Assembly: GCA_038087875.1 (NCBI GenBank)
Contig: CM075998.1
Coordinates: 3,660,001-3,724,000, forward strand
Direction of reading: 5' to 3'
DNA length: 64,000 bases
Source of the DNA: Malacoraja senta
Lineage: Eukaryota
Shown: positions 1 through 12,034 of the stretch, one piece after another
How the letters are laid out: each line of letters begins with the position of its first letter
How positions within the stretch are numbered: the first letter of the stretch is position 1
Position numbers and translations under genes: made by a program
Notes under the pieces: generated by a model
What the model saw: the letters and a program-made list of their open reading frames with translations, nothing else
The model's database searches: none
What the model was told of the DNA's origin: nothing

Positions 1-27
1 GCAAAAGCATCAAACTGTATTTATTAC

Positions 28-324
28 GGGCGGCATGGTGGCGCAGCGGTAGAGTTGCTGCCTTACAGCGCCGGAGACCCGGGTTCGATCCTGACCACGG
101 GTGCTGTCTGTACAGTGTTTGTACGTTCTCCCCGTGACCTGCGTGGGTTTTCTCCGAGATCTTCGGTTCCCTCCCACACTCCAAAGATATACAAGTTTGT
201 AGGTTAATTGGCTTGGTGTATGTGTAAATTGTCCCTAGTGTGTGTAGGTTAGTTTTAGTGGTCGGCGTGGACTCGGTGGGCTGAAGGGCCTTTTTCTGGG
301 CTGTATCTCTAAACTAAACTAAAC
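28..324 (+). mobile_element. tRNA-derived SINE (HE1/V-SINE-like), full length
   Basis: A box TGGCGCAGCGG, B box GGTTCGATCC, central domain, CR1-like tail GGGCTGAAGGGCC...(CTAAA)n. More than 12 related copies in the window. Confidence 0.88.
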
Positions 325-754
325 CAGTCTGACACTCAAAAACGTAAAACACAGACTCACACGTACCTGGATTGTTTTACCCGTAGGGTCAGGTTTAGGG
401 TCATTCCCAGCATCACACCATCCCAGGCTGCTGCTAATCTCTGCCGCATCTCTCGAGTTGGTGAAAACAAAAACAAACTGCAGATGCTGGAAATCTGAAA
501 TAAAATGTTAAGAACACACAGCAAGTGAGGCAGCATCTGTGGCGAGAGGAGTGGAAGGTCTTCAACCTGAAACATTGACTCTGAAGAAGGGTCTTGACCC
601 AAAAAGTCACCCATTCCTTCTCTCCAGAGATGCTGCCTGCACTGCTGAGTTACCCCAGCGTCTTGTGTCTATCTACGGTGTAAACCAGCATCTGCAGTTC
701 CTTCCTCCACTGTTTCTCCTTCCACAGATGCCACCTATCTTGCTGAGTGCAAGA

Positions 755-1366
755 TAGCTCTACTTCCTGAGAAGATTACGGAGAGTCGGTTTGTCATGGA
801 GGACTCTCTCTAACCTCTACAGGTGCACAGTAGAGAGCATGCTGACCGGTTGCATCGTGGCTTGGTTCGGCAACTTGAGTGCCCTGGAGAGGAAAAGACT
901 ACAAAAAGTAGTAAACACTGCCCAGTCCATCATCAGCTCTGACCTCCCTTCCATCGAGGGGATCTATCGCAGTCGCTGCCTCAAAAAGGCTGGCAGCATC
1001 ATCAAGGACCCACACCATCCTGGCCACACACTCATCTCCCTACTACCTTCAGGTAGAAGGTACAGGAGCCTGAAGACTGCGATGACCAGGTTCAGGAATA
1101 GCTACTTCCCCACGGCCATCAGGTTATTAAACCTGGCTCGGACAAAACTCTGAACATTAATAGCCCATTATCTATTATTTGCACTTTATCAGTTTATTTA
1201 TTCATATCATGTGTGTATATATTTTTATAATGGTATATGGACACACTGATCTGTTCTGTATTCATGCCTACTATGTTCTGTTGTGCTGAAGCAAAGCAAG
1301 AATTTCATTGTCCTATCAGGGACACATGACAATAAACTCTCTTGACTCTTGAATCTTAAATCTTGA
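755..1366 (+). mobile_element. Rex1/Babar-type LINE 3' fragment (RT C-terminus)
   Basis: ORF 791-1153 (YRCTVESMLTGCIVAWFG...HPGHTLISLLPSGRRYRS...RFRNSYFPTAIRLLN), AATAAA plus (TCTTGA)n tail. Confidence 0.85.
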
Positions 1367-2088
1367 GTATTTCCAATAAAACAGTTTCAGGAGAACACAG
1401 TAAAACCTGGTTGTGACTGGGGTAAATAAAAACTGTCCTTTCTTCAGACAAGTGGATCACTCAAAAATGTGCATTTTCTTTTTAATCTTATGGTTTGCTG
1501 CTCCCTGCTGCATTAGGGAAGTCCCCAAATTCCACCCTCAATGAGAGGAGACGTCATCACCTTCCCTCCACTGCCCAGGGACAGGCAGAGGGGGATCAGT
1601 CCACACTGCCAGCTTCCCCAGAGTACAGGCATTCAGAGACTGCACTCATCCCTATAGAGATCTCCCTGGCAACCTGCTGCTAGGAGCACCAAGCTGTAGC
1701 CCTGGAGAATCTCTCTTGCCGTTTGCAAAATAACTTGCTTCCTGTGGGCACTGTTCCGCACCAGCCTGTCCAGGCTCCTCTCACTCCCCGGGAACGCTCT
1801 CCCACTCTCTCCCATCATTGCAGATGCCATCTTCAGCTGCAAGAGGTAAACTTATGCAGACACAATAGACTGCAGATGCTGCCATCTGGAGCAGAAAACG
1901 GGCTGCTGGAGGAATTGAACGCGTCGGGCAGCATCTGTGGGGGCAAAGGAATGGTCGATGTTTCGGATGTAGACCCTGCATCAGGAGCGATAGTGTGAAG
2001 GGGAAATAGTCAGTGTAAAGAGGTGTGTGGGGTGGGGGTTGGTGCAGGAGGGCAGAGGCAGGTAGAAGAGAGCTGGATACAGCTGGAT

Positions 2089-2866
2089 AGGGGGCGCCGT
2101 CGAGTATGGCTGCCCAGTCTGCAGCTGTTCGTCCTTTTCAACCTTAAAAAAAAAAATTCAGTATGTTAAATGTTTGTTTGGAGGTCTAATCTTTTTTATG
2201 TGGGGGGGTAGAGGGGGGAAGGGGGAAACTGCATTTCTCAGTCCCTACCTGATCGGAGATATGGCTTTTCCCCTTCTTCGCGGCCTACCACCGGGACTGG
2301 AGCGGCGTTTCCTGCTGGGACCGGCCAGAACTTCGGCTTCGGCGGCGGCGCAGCGCTGGGGTGCCATCGTGGAGCTGACGATGCCTTGCCCGGGTCGCCA
2401 TGCTGTCGTTGCGGAGCTTCCAGCCGCGGCGGCGCTGACTCTGAACACCGCGGAGCCTGGGATCTCTCGCCGAGATCGCCAGTGTCGGAGCTCCGACCAG
2501 CGTGGCCTGTGGACTTCGGGAGCTGCGGTCTCTGGCAGCAAGCGGCCGTTCCAGACGCTCCAAGCTGCTGAGAGTGTTCTCCCGTCGCCGGAGCTCCATC
2601 ATCCAGCGAGAGGGCCTGAAACATCGGGCCTCCGTTGCGGCAACTGCGGAGGCCTCAATAGGCCCCGACTATGGGTGAACAGGGGACGGGACTGGACTTT
2701 GTGCCTTCCCTCACAGTGCGAACCATTGTGGGGGGATGTTTTTATGTTTTATGTTCAATTCTTTTTTTAATGTGGTGTCTTACTTTTATTGGTGTGCTGC
2801 AAAAAAATCTGAATTTCCCTGAGGAAGGGATTAATAAAGTATTTATCCATCTATCTATCTATCTAC
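2089..2866 (+). mobile_element. GC-rich non-autonomous retroposon with AATAAA-(ATCT)n tail
   Basis: Shares the GCCTTCC(A/C)TCACAGTG stem-loop and tail architecture with copies at 2920, 23860, 62065 and 62905. Confidence 0.7.
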
Positions 2867-2919
2867 AAGTGAGGAGAAATGTTTGGCGGATGCAGCGAGG
2901 TAGTGGGAAGGTGGAGATC

Positions 2920-3945
2920 AGAATCATAATCATACTTTATTAGCCAAGCATGTTTTGCAACATACGAGGAAAAGCAACAAAACACACAAAATACATTTTA
3001 ACATAAACATCCACCACAGTGACTCCTCCATATTCCTCACTGTGATGGAAGGCGAAAAAAAGTTCAATCTCTTCTTTTCTTTGTTCTCCCGCGGTCGGGG
3101 GCCTTGAGCCTTCCGTTGATGGGGCGATCTTGGCTCCCGTAGCCGGCGGCGTTTTGGGTCCTCGCGTCAGGGCGATCAAGCTCCTGCATTGGGGGGGAAT
3201 CTCAGCTCCCCTGCGCCGGGCGATCGGACCCCGGGTCGGGGATGGTCGAAACCTTCTGCGTCGTTTGGAGCTTCCAACATCGGTCTCTACCCGAGACTGC
3301 GAGCTCCTCGATGGTGAAATCCGCAGGCCGTGGTTGGAGCGTCGATCCCAGACAAGGGATCGGCTCCGATGGTAAGTCCACGGCCCCGCGGTGGGGCTCA
3401 AAGTCAGTCCCGAGCAAGGCCTCCAGCTCCATGATGTTAGGCCGCAGAGTGACCGGAGATACGATCCATATAACCATATAACATATAACAATTACAGCAC
3501 GGAAACAGGCCATCTCGGCCCTTCTAGTCCGTGCCGAACACTTATTCTCCCCTAGTCCCATCTACCTGCACTCAGACCATAACCCTCCATTCCTTTCCCG
3601 TCCATATACCTATCCAATTTATTTTTAAATGATAAAATCGAACCTGCCTCCACCACTTCCACTGGAAGCTCATTCCACACAGCTACCACTCTCTGAGTAA
3701 AGAAGTTCCCCCTCATGTCACCCCTAAACTTCTGTCCCTTAATTCTCAAATCAATCTGGAATCGATCCGGAAAACAATCGCATCTCTGGCAAGGTAAGAG
3801 ATTGGAAAAAATGTTTCCCCCACCCCCACCCCCCACAATAAACAAAGCAGGGAACATTAACACAAACTTTTAAAACACACTAAAAATAACAAACAAAAAT
3901 GACGAAAAAGACAAACAGACTGTTGGCGAGGCTGCCCCCTGGTGG
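2920..3945 (-). mobile_element. GC-rich non-autonomous retroposon interrupted by a CR1 3' fragment (~3467-3750)
   Basis: Same stem-loop; (ATTATG)-type tail at 2920-2935; nested CR1 (MRGNFFTQRVV) flanked by a CGATCC repeat. Confidence 0.7.
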
Positions 3946-4679
3946 TAACAAAGGCTGGGAGGTGATAAGTGGGGTTAGCAAATGGGGCTCGTTAATCTTA
4001 CATCATGGCAATGCACAGATTATGTCTGCTCTTCTATACTGTAACAACTGAAAGAAGTGCTACATTTCCGCAGAGGATGCCAGGCTGAATCCAGTGTGCC
4101 ATTTCACCCGGATAGTGCTTACTGTCAACCTTGCGATTAGCTTTCTTGCTCAATGTGCAACCTTCAAAAACAGCTGGGCCGCAACAGTGCCTTCCCACCA
4201 CAATAAACAAAAGAGCATCAAGCAATTGAGGCCAATCTTTGATAGGGCAGATTAATTACCAAAAGAAATGGGATCGTTGGACCAAAATATTATGTGATTC
4301 ATCAAATATTCAACACAGGTAGGATAGAAAGTTGGATATTCTGAATCCCCAAGTCTATTTACATTTCTGTAATACTGATGCCCCCGCATGGTATGCCATG
4401 GGTTTGTGATTTTCAAGAGCTGGTTATTGAATTGCAGGAGAGACAAAATGGAGACACAAGAGACTGTAGGTGCTGGAACCTGGAGCAACAAAGAATCTGT
4501 TGGAGAAACTATTCTTTTTCCCTCCATAGATGCTGCCTAACCCATTGAGTTCCTCCAGCAGATAGTTTGTTGCTGGAGACACGAGTCGCAGTGTTTGAAT
4601 GTTTAGTGTGCCATACCAGATGTGTACCACTCCGAACCTGTGCTCAGCCACGATGTGCCAGACCTCAAAGGCACACAGG

Positions 4680-5044
4680 GGGGTTCTTATAGAAACTTAC
4701 AAGATTCTTAAGGGGTTGGACAGGCTAGATGCAGGAAGATTGTTCCCGATGTTGGGGAAGTCCAGAACAAGGGGTCATAGTTTAAGGATAAGGGGGAAGT
4801 CTTTTAGGACCGAGATGAGAAAATCATTTGAGGCCACAGAAGGTAGTTGAGGCCAGTTCATTGACTATATTTAAGAGGGAGTTAGATGTGGCCCTTGTGG
4901 CTAAAGGGATCAGGGGGTATGGAGAGAAGGCAGGTACAGGAGACTGAGTTGGATGATCAGCCATGATCATATTGAATGGCGGTGCAGGCTCGAAGGGCCG
5001 AATGGCCTACTCCTGCACCTATTTTCTATGTTTCTATATTTCTA
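4680..5044 (+). mobile_element. CR1 (HER1-like) LINE 3' fragment
   Basis: LIETYKILKGLDRLDAGRLFP...SRTRGHS; tail GAAGGGCCGAATGGCCTACTCCTGC-(TTTCTATG)n. Confidence 0.9.
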
Positions 5045-5942
5045 AGTAGAGAAGTAGGTCAGGTTGCCAAGCCAGATGTACAAGAGATGTCGGCTACAGC
5101 AGGCCATTCCTAGGATTCACCTGTCATGAGTAGAAGATCATGAGGTATTTGTCCACCTAGCCCGGACCTTTTGTCGGAATGGAAATAGGATGAAGAACCG
5201 GCAAAAACATTCACATCTGAAGATGTCCATCTCATTAATGAGATGTAATCCCAAAGTCTTTTTTTACAATCTAGCCACCAATACGTTTATCTGATGCTGG
5301 CCCTTAGATACTGAAGGGGCTGTCTCAAAGTACTGAAGTGCACTTTCTCAAAAATAAATTTGTATTTTAGTATTCATAAATGAATGAGCAAATTTTGGTA
5401 AGATGCCATGATATCCTGAAATGAAAGAGTTATAGGGAGAAACAGCACAGAAACAGGCCCTTCAGTCCATCAATCCACACCAACCATCAGGCGTCCACTT
5501 ACACCGATCCTACATTGATCCCATATGTTTAGTCTCCCCATGAACTTCCCACGGATTCTACCACTCATCTGCACATGAGAGGCAATTTATACTTGCCAGT
5601 TAACATACCAACCCACATGTCTTTGGCAAAACACAAAGTACTGGAGGAACTCAGCGGGTCAGGCAACATCTGCGGAGAGAATGGACAGATACCAGGTATC
5701 AGGTTGGGACCCTTTGGGATATGGGAGGAAGCTACAAACCCCTGAGGAACCCAGGTGGTTTTAGATGCAATTGTGAATATTGGCATCATATATTTGAAAA
5801 GGTCCAGGTTAGACCTTTACATTATTCGGCAATCTAAAAATCTTTTATTTGAGAGGCACAGCATGGAAACAGGCTCTTCGGCCCACCGATCACTTCTAGC
5901 TGTACGTTATCCCACTTTCTCATCCACTCCCTACACACTAGG

Positions 5943-7128
5943 TAGGTATGTTACAAAACTTACCTTCAGCGGCGCTGCAGTTCTGTCACTGGCCGTGTGT
6001 GCGACTTTGGTGCCTTTGAGGGGGGGAAGGGGTTAAAATGCGTTTTTTCTCCTACCTGTCCTCGATATATTTTCTCGGGGTGCAAGCATTTGCTGAAGAA
6101 TTGTTCCGACGGCCGTTCTGTGAATTTTTTTTTTTTAATCGCTGGACAATTTCAGCGCTTGAGTAGAATATAAATCAGCTTCTAATGCTGTGAACGCCGA
6201 CAACGGGGATGGATTTCACGTACGGGACAGGTAAAGGAAAGCCGTTTATTTTACATATAAACGTGCTTCTTAGGATGCCTTTAATCCAAATTTTACGTTG
6301 CGAAAAGGTGACTTAGGCCCCATACGAACCGGCAGTGTTTTTCCTGCCGATATGGGGTTTAAATTCACCGCAACCGCAACGTTCCAATCGATCGCGTTCC
6401 ACAAAATCCCACTCGCAAGATGATTTAAATGGCCATTAATTTACAGGAATTAAACACTAAATTCCTTCCATTTGGCCTATAAATTCATGACAATGAGATT
6501 TAAAAATCATGTTATATTGTGAATTCTTGTGTGAATGTTATTTGGACACTTAGGCTATTTAAAAATGTTAATCTATTCTTAAGAAATGGATAGATGTTTA
6601 GGTCTAGTAATTGAATTTTGTAATTAACTACAATTGGGTAACTAACTAATTATATGCTTTAATTTCAGGTCATCCAAGTAAGATTGTGTCTGAAGAAGGG
6701 TTTCGGCCCGAAACGTTACCTATTTCCTTCGCTCCATAGATGCTGCTGCACCCGCTGAGTTTCTCCAGCATTTTTGTGTACCTTCGATTTTCCAGCATCT
6801 GCAGTTCCTTCTTTAACAAGATTGTTTCATATTTGTTTCAGAATACTTCAATCTATAATAACTGAAATTTTCTTTCAGTTCTCTTATTTTTTAAGAAAGT
6901 TATGGGCTTTTGACTGTCCTCGATCACAGCTTTTGTGTTAAGTCAATGGAAAAGCAATAGGGAACAAGATGCTAATTTCCGAGTATGAAAATGGCCATAA
7001 CTTTTTTAATACTGAAGATATGAAAGTGAATTAGGTGTCAAATTAAACTTCTTTTTATGCTTTATCGGATGGGATCAATTGCAGACTTGATTTTTTTAAA
7101 TCTCAAAATGTTGTAACATTGGGGGTAA
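5943..7128. mobile_element. putative non-autonomous DNA transposon (~1.19 kb) inserted into a minus-strand SINE
   Basis: SINE halves join across it (ctacacactagg / actagggggcaatttac); subterminal inverted ATGTTACAA...TTGTAACAT; ACTAGG repeated at both ends. Confidence 0.6.
6688..6817 (+). mobile_element. Penelope-derived short insertion with hammerhead core; 8-bp TSD AAGATTGT
   Basis: CTGAAGA-A-GGGT(TTCG)GCCC-GAAACGTT at 6690-6717; TSD at 6680-6687 and 6818-6825. Confidence 0.8.
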
Positions 7129-7439
7129 CTAGGGGGCAATTTACAGAAGTCCAATTAACCTACAAACCCTGCGCGCATCTTTGGGACGTGGGAGGAAACC
7201 GAAGCACCACTGCGTGTCGCCCTATTAATAGAGCTGAATGTGTTTTGAACGTGTACTTTTCTGAAGGAAAATGCACTTGAGTCACCACTGCAGTACAACG
7301 TGATCAGCAAAAGTCAACGAAGGAATGGCCATGACTGACATGGCAGCAAACCAGTTGTCACGCGAATAGTGGCTATTTATCCACACCATTGACAAATGGG
7401 ACGAGACAAAAGTGTTGACCTGGTCTAATTCTTGACCCG

Positions 7440-7777
7440 TTATATCAGCGAGGGGGAAGGCCGGTGTCATGAGTGACAACAGTGTCACCCAGTCAATTTG
7501 TGACAGGCCGTGACAAGGTCTCCGGTCAATTCGCCCGCTTGTTCAAGCAGGTTAGGTTGACTCACGCATCCAGTGCCCGGGGAGGGCGGGGAGAGGGGGG
7601 GGGAGGGGTGAGAGGTGAGGCATCGTCTGAGTGACGGAATAGTTGAGCAATTACCGACGGGCCTGCCGGCGCGTCATGGCATGATTGGATCCACTTGACC
7701 AATCGCACCCGAGGGGAGGCGGGACCAAGCCTGATAAAGTTCGGGTGAGAAGTCGCACGCCTCCGCGATGTTCCAAG
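7440..7777 (+). promoter_or_regulatory. os9 CpG-rich TATA-less promoter: GC boxes, G-rich tract, two opposed CCAAT boxes
   Basis: GGGCGG/GGCGGG at ~7585 and ~7718, ATTGG 7684-7688, CCAAT 7699-7703, elevated CpG. Confidence 0.75.
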
Positions 7778-7921
7778 ATGGCGGGCACAACAAGGAGGCT
7801 CCTGCTTGTCACCGTATGTTCGGCGCTGGTTATGTGCCTCTCAGCTTTCCTCAACATCGAAGAGCTTAACGAGATGAAGTACGGCATCGAGATCCTCTCG
7901 GACCCCATCATCAAAGGGCAG
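7778..7921 (+). CDS. os9: os9 exon 1 (signal peptide; MAGTTRRLLLVTVCSALVMCLSAFLNIEELNEMKYGIEILSDPIIKGQ)
   Basis: Strong Kozak ccaagATGg, hydrophobic leader, donor CAG|gtgagt, CpG-rich context. Confidence 0.95.
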
Positions 7922-8806
7922 GTGAGTTGGACGGTGCTGTCATGGGGGCACGGTTGCCTTTGAGTGTAATCGGTTGTCGACCCGTTCGCACGGCGCCCGA
8001 GGATGCTCGTGTTGTTGTATGCACTTCACCTTTAGCGTGGTCTACTTGCAATGTCCAGTTCACTTCATTGTTGTCCGTTTTTGTCAAGCACACATCATGG
8101 GCAGGTAGTGACGGTGTGACATTGGGATGTCTGTATATTAACAAAAAGTGGCTAGCGACAATCTGCTTGTTGTCTTTTAAGGGGATGGGGACTGCCGGTT
8201 TAATTGTTTTTCTCGTGTGTGTTTTGCGTTATGCAATAGACTAATCCAAATTGAGAAAGATGAAATGATGTGTAATACATTATGCTGTTCTGAAGTCGAG
8301 GTTGTTAATGTAACGTAAAGTCAAATAGTCCGCTAAAGTATCCTTTGCTACAGTCTATATATATTGAAAAATAAAATGTCAAAGAGATTGACCCTTATCA
8401 GAATAGATAAAGTTGCAAAAGTACGGGTACTATTATGGCTGTAAATTATTTCCGGACACCTTGAGATTGTAAAATTGCTAAGAGAATCCGAATATTTATT
8501 TATTTAAAATGTAAACTCGTTGTATCCTTCGCAGGTGTCTGATCAGCAAAATTAATATATTGTGGCATAAGATGTATGTTATTCTTTTTCCCTCTATGGG
8601 TGCTTTTTTGTGTGTTTGGGGTCCTAATACTTTGGGATTGTCCAGATGGTGTGTACTTTTTGACACTAGTGGAAATAGCACAAGCTATAGCCAAAAGCAT
8701 GTAGCATTTTTGTTTTGTTTACTTTGTATGGCCAGATAAGGAATTTTCTGAAGCAGTGGTAATATCTTATTACTTTTCTTTACTCTTTCTTTCAAGGGTA
8801 TATCCA

Positions 8807-8862
8807 GTAAGTAAATCGATGGCATGGCATCTGTAAGTAAATCGATGGCATGGCATCTGTAA
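8807..8862. repeat. 26-bp perfect tandem duplication
   Basis: GTAAGTAAATCGATGGCATGGCATCT x2. Confidence 0.95.
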
Positions 8863-9889
8863 TTCCAAGATACTTGATGTCACAGCCTGTGTGAAAATCT
8901 GGGAGCACCAAATCCCTGACTTGCTGCTTTTGCAACTCGGTATAACTCTTGGAAAGATAATTTGCAGAAGCTAGCAATAATGTGTCCTTGTAACACAGAA
9001 GACTAGTCATTTAACATAGTGAGCTATTTGTGTCAATGTCGGGTTGTACAAGTGGTTGAAAAATCCCACTGGCACTTCGCCATATATGTTCACAAATGAA
9101 AATTGGCCACTTAAGTTACACGCCAGAGGGTATCCAATGATACACTGATGGTAAATGGTTAATATAAGGCTCCGACAAATGTGTTTGAAAACATGTGCAT
9201 GGTAGATAGTCTGTCATGGCACAATGCCTTAACCCGATACATGCTTTATAAAAAACAAAAGGCTGGAGACACTCAGCAGGTTAGGCAGCATCTGTGGAAG
9301 GAATGGGAAGACAATGTTTTGGGTCAGGACCCATATCACTGGAGTAGGGAGGAGAAAGCAGATAAAGTGAGGTGGGGGGCAAGCCTGGCAAGTGATAGGT
9401 GGATACAGGTCAGGGGGTGCAATAATTGGCAGATGGGTGGAGTCGGTTACAAAGGCTAGAGGTTTAAAGGAGGCAAAAGGATGTCTGATAAGGAAAGAAG
9501 AAGAGGATTAAATTTTAAATCTTACTATACATGAGTGCAATCATACACAGATAAAACAGTGAAGCGATTATAAATAAATCCTGTTCTGGGACAGCACACA
9601 AAGAGTCGTCATGTTCCAATGCCATCTTGCAACTTTCAGCTCTGAAAGTTCTTATCTTGGCCTAAGAAGATATGCAATATCCTTTTTTAATTTCAAGGCA
9701 CATTATCCTGGTGGCACTAGATCTATGAAGTAGGGGTTGGTGTGCATTCTTGGCCATAGCTTCAACGTGGCTGTTCCAGGACAAATTGCTGGTGATATTT
9801 ATTCTTAATTCGACCATTTCTACTAAGGCTCCATCAATATATACCTGGGTGTATATGTACTGCTTTGCCATTCACTGCCTCCTGTCCCA

Positions 9890-10290
9890 AACTACTTAAC
9901 AGCTGGTGAGGTACGTTTGAAGTGTTTTCACTGTTGTGGTGAAGGACATTTTGCTGTCAATTTGCACATCAAATTCCCAACAGACAGCCAAGAGATAAGA
10001 ACAATATAATCTGTTTCTTTTTAACTGAAGTTGGTAGTGACCAGGGCACGAAGCAGACTAGCACTGCTGTTCTTTGAGCATAAGCAATATATATAAAACA
10101 CAAAATTGTAAAAATACAATGCTCCCTCTGCTGGGAATAATTTACAACATTCGTATACCTGACCTGTAATCAAGTAACTTCCCAACTATAGTGCGCACCG
10201 CTCGACCTTGCATGACTGCTCTGGAGTGTTAGCCCTCATGTTATGCACTCAAATTTCTGCAATGAAATTTGAACCCACTGCATTTCACTG
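9890..10290 (-). mobile_element. ancient Deu-domain-like SINE relic
   Basis: Degenerate reverse complement of the motifs seen at 23115-23478 (ttgtgggaa.ttgctgtg..caaat). Confidence 0.45.
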
Positions 10291-10476
10291 AAAGCTAAAT
10301 ACATTTTAAAGTGGTTGCGTTCAGAAGATGCTGTTTCTGTCTTGAACGCGAGCAACAAATAGTTGGAGGATTTGAGAGGTGGGTGAAAATGGAAATGTCT
10401 TTGGAGTCTCACATTGCAAGTTCATTTAAGGTGGGCCTAATGGATATTTTGTGCAAAGCTGATATTTGAAAGCAGG

Positions 10477-10663
10477 TTGTTTTAGAAAGAACTGCAGATG
10501 CTGGAAAAATCGAAGGTAGACAAAATTGCTGGAGAAACTCAGCGGGTGAGGCAGCATCAATGGAGCGAAGGAATAGGTGACGTTTCGGGTTGAGACGTCA
10601 CCTATTCCTTCGCTCCATAGATGCTGCCTCACCCGCTGAGTTTCTCCAGCATTTTTGTCTACC
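10477..10663. mobile_element. Penelope-derived palindromic insertion; 12-bp TSD TTTGAAAGCAGG
   Basis: Inverted arms (gctggagaaactcagcgggtgaggcagcatc / gatgctgcctcacccgctgagtttctccagc); TSD at 10465-10476 and 10664-10675. Confidence 0.85.
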
Positions 10664-12034
10664 TTTGAAAGCAGGGAATGATTTACAAAGTAAGACGTTA
10701 CAAGCTCTTTGATTAAGGGATAACCTGATTTGATCTGTCCCTATAATTTGCTGTGCAATACAATGCAATTGCTACATACATTGGAGGAATTGGATCAATT
10801 CCTTGTTCCACAGGTACTGCAGAGGAAAGTACTGAAGATTAGATTGGTTTCTGAAATAGACTTTAGCATCTCCTTTAAACTTTGCCCCTTGTCTTAAAGC
10901 TGCGCTCTCTAGGCATATTGTTCCTTGCTGTTGGTGTCTTTGGTGGATTGTCCTCCTACGAGCTGTTTAAAGGATTGACTGCCTAATTTAATTAATACAT
11001 TTTATTTTCAACATTTTAGTTGTCTTTTTGGAATATTAAAGTTCAAAAAAATGTGGAAATCTTGTATTTAACTTTTCAGAGGTATGGGTATGCCGACTGG
11101 CATGTAATATCACATAAACCACTTTGACGATAACAGCTTACAAAGTTTTATCTGAATAACTTGCTGCGACTTTCAAATGCTGAGGAAAAATAATGGATGC
11201 AAGTCATTTTCTGGGGTCTGGGCATTGCTGTCAAGTTCAACATTTCCCCTTGAAGGTTGGGGGGGGGGTACAAGCTTGACAGCAATGACCACGTTGCAGA
11301 ATATTAATAAATTTAAAATAAAATCTGCAAGCCTATTATTTCCGCTGGAGTGACTGGTGAAGCTTTTCTGGTGAATCTTTTCGAAAACATAGCCATTCGG
11401 CCCTTCGAGCCAGCACTGCCATTCAATATGATCATGGCTGATCATCCAAAATCAGTACCCTGTTCCTGCTTCTCCCCCCCCCCCCCATCCCTTTTCTGGT
11501 GAAGGTGCTCCCACAGTGCTGAGCGAGAGCAAGTTCCAAGATTTAGTCCCATTGATGATGAAGGAAGGGTGATATATTTCCAAGTCAGGAGTTACTTGTA
11601 GGGGAATCTGCAGGTGGTGATGTTACCAATCATCTACAGCTTCTGGCCTTATTGGGAGAGGCCATGGGATTGGGAAGTGCCGTCAGAGTAGATTGGAAGA
11701 GTGACTACAGCGCTTTTTATCGATCGTTATAATGTGATGGAGTTATTGATGCAAGCTCTTTTTAAGGAAAGTAGATGTTCCGTAATACTGTTTGTTATGC
11801 GTTCACAAAACTTTCTTCGTGCCTTTTTAAAAAAAAGTTACTGGATCTGATTTAATTCACAATGTGGATACGGTTGTGGGGATACATTGTAACCTCGTGC
11901 TGAATTGAATAGAAATTGATTGAATAATTAAGTATTTCTCTTTCTACAGATACTGACTGACCTTCAGTGCATTTCTAGCACTTTATTTTAATTTAACACC
12001 ACTTTTAAAACCAAATAAAAATGTAAATTGTGGA

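Noticed and set aside
28..105. tRNA gene (A and B boxes)
   Set aside because: Continues into a SINE body and LINE-like tail; one of many dispersed copies
1633..1842. Minus-strand small ORF MASAMMGESG.. behind a good acceptor
   Set aside because: No recognisable homology or convincing exon chain; kept only as a possible lncRNA exon
2174..3561. Long overlapping ORFs up to 198 aa
   Set aside because: Stop-poor GC-rich repeat sequence, open in several frames on both strands, with no recognisable domain
7670..7720. Canonical ERSE (CCAAT-N9-CCACG)
   Set aside because: Neither CCAAT box has CCACG at the required spacing
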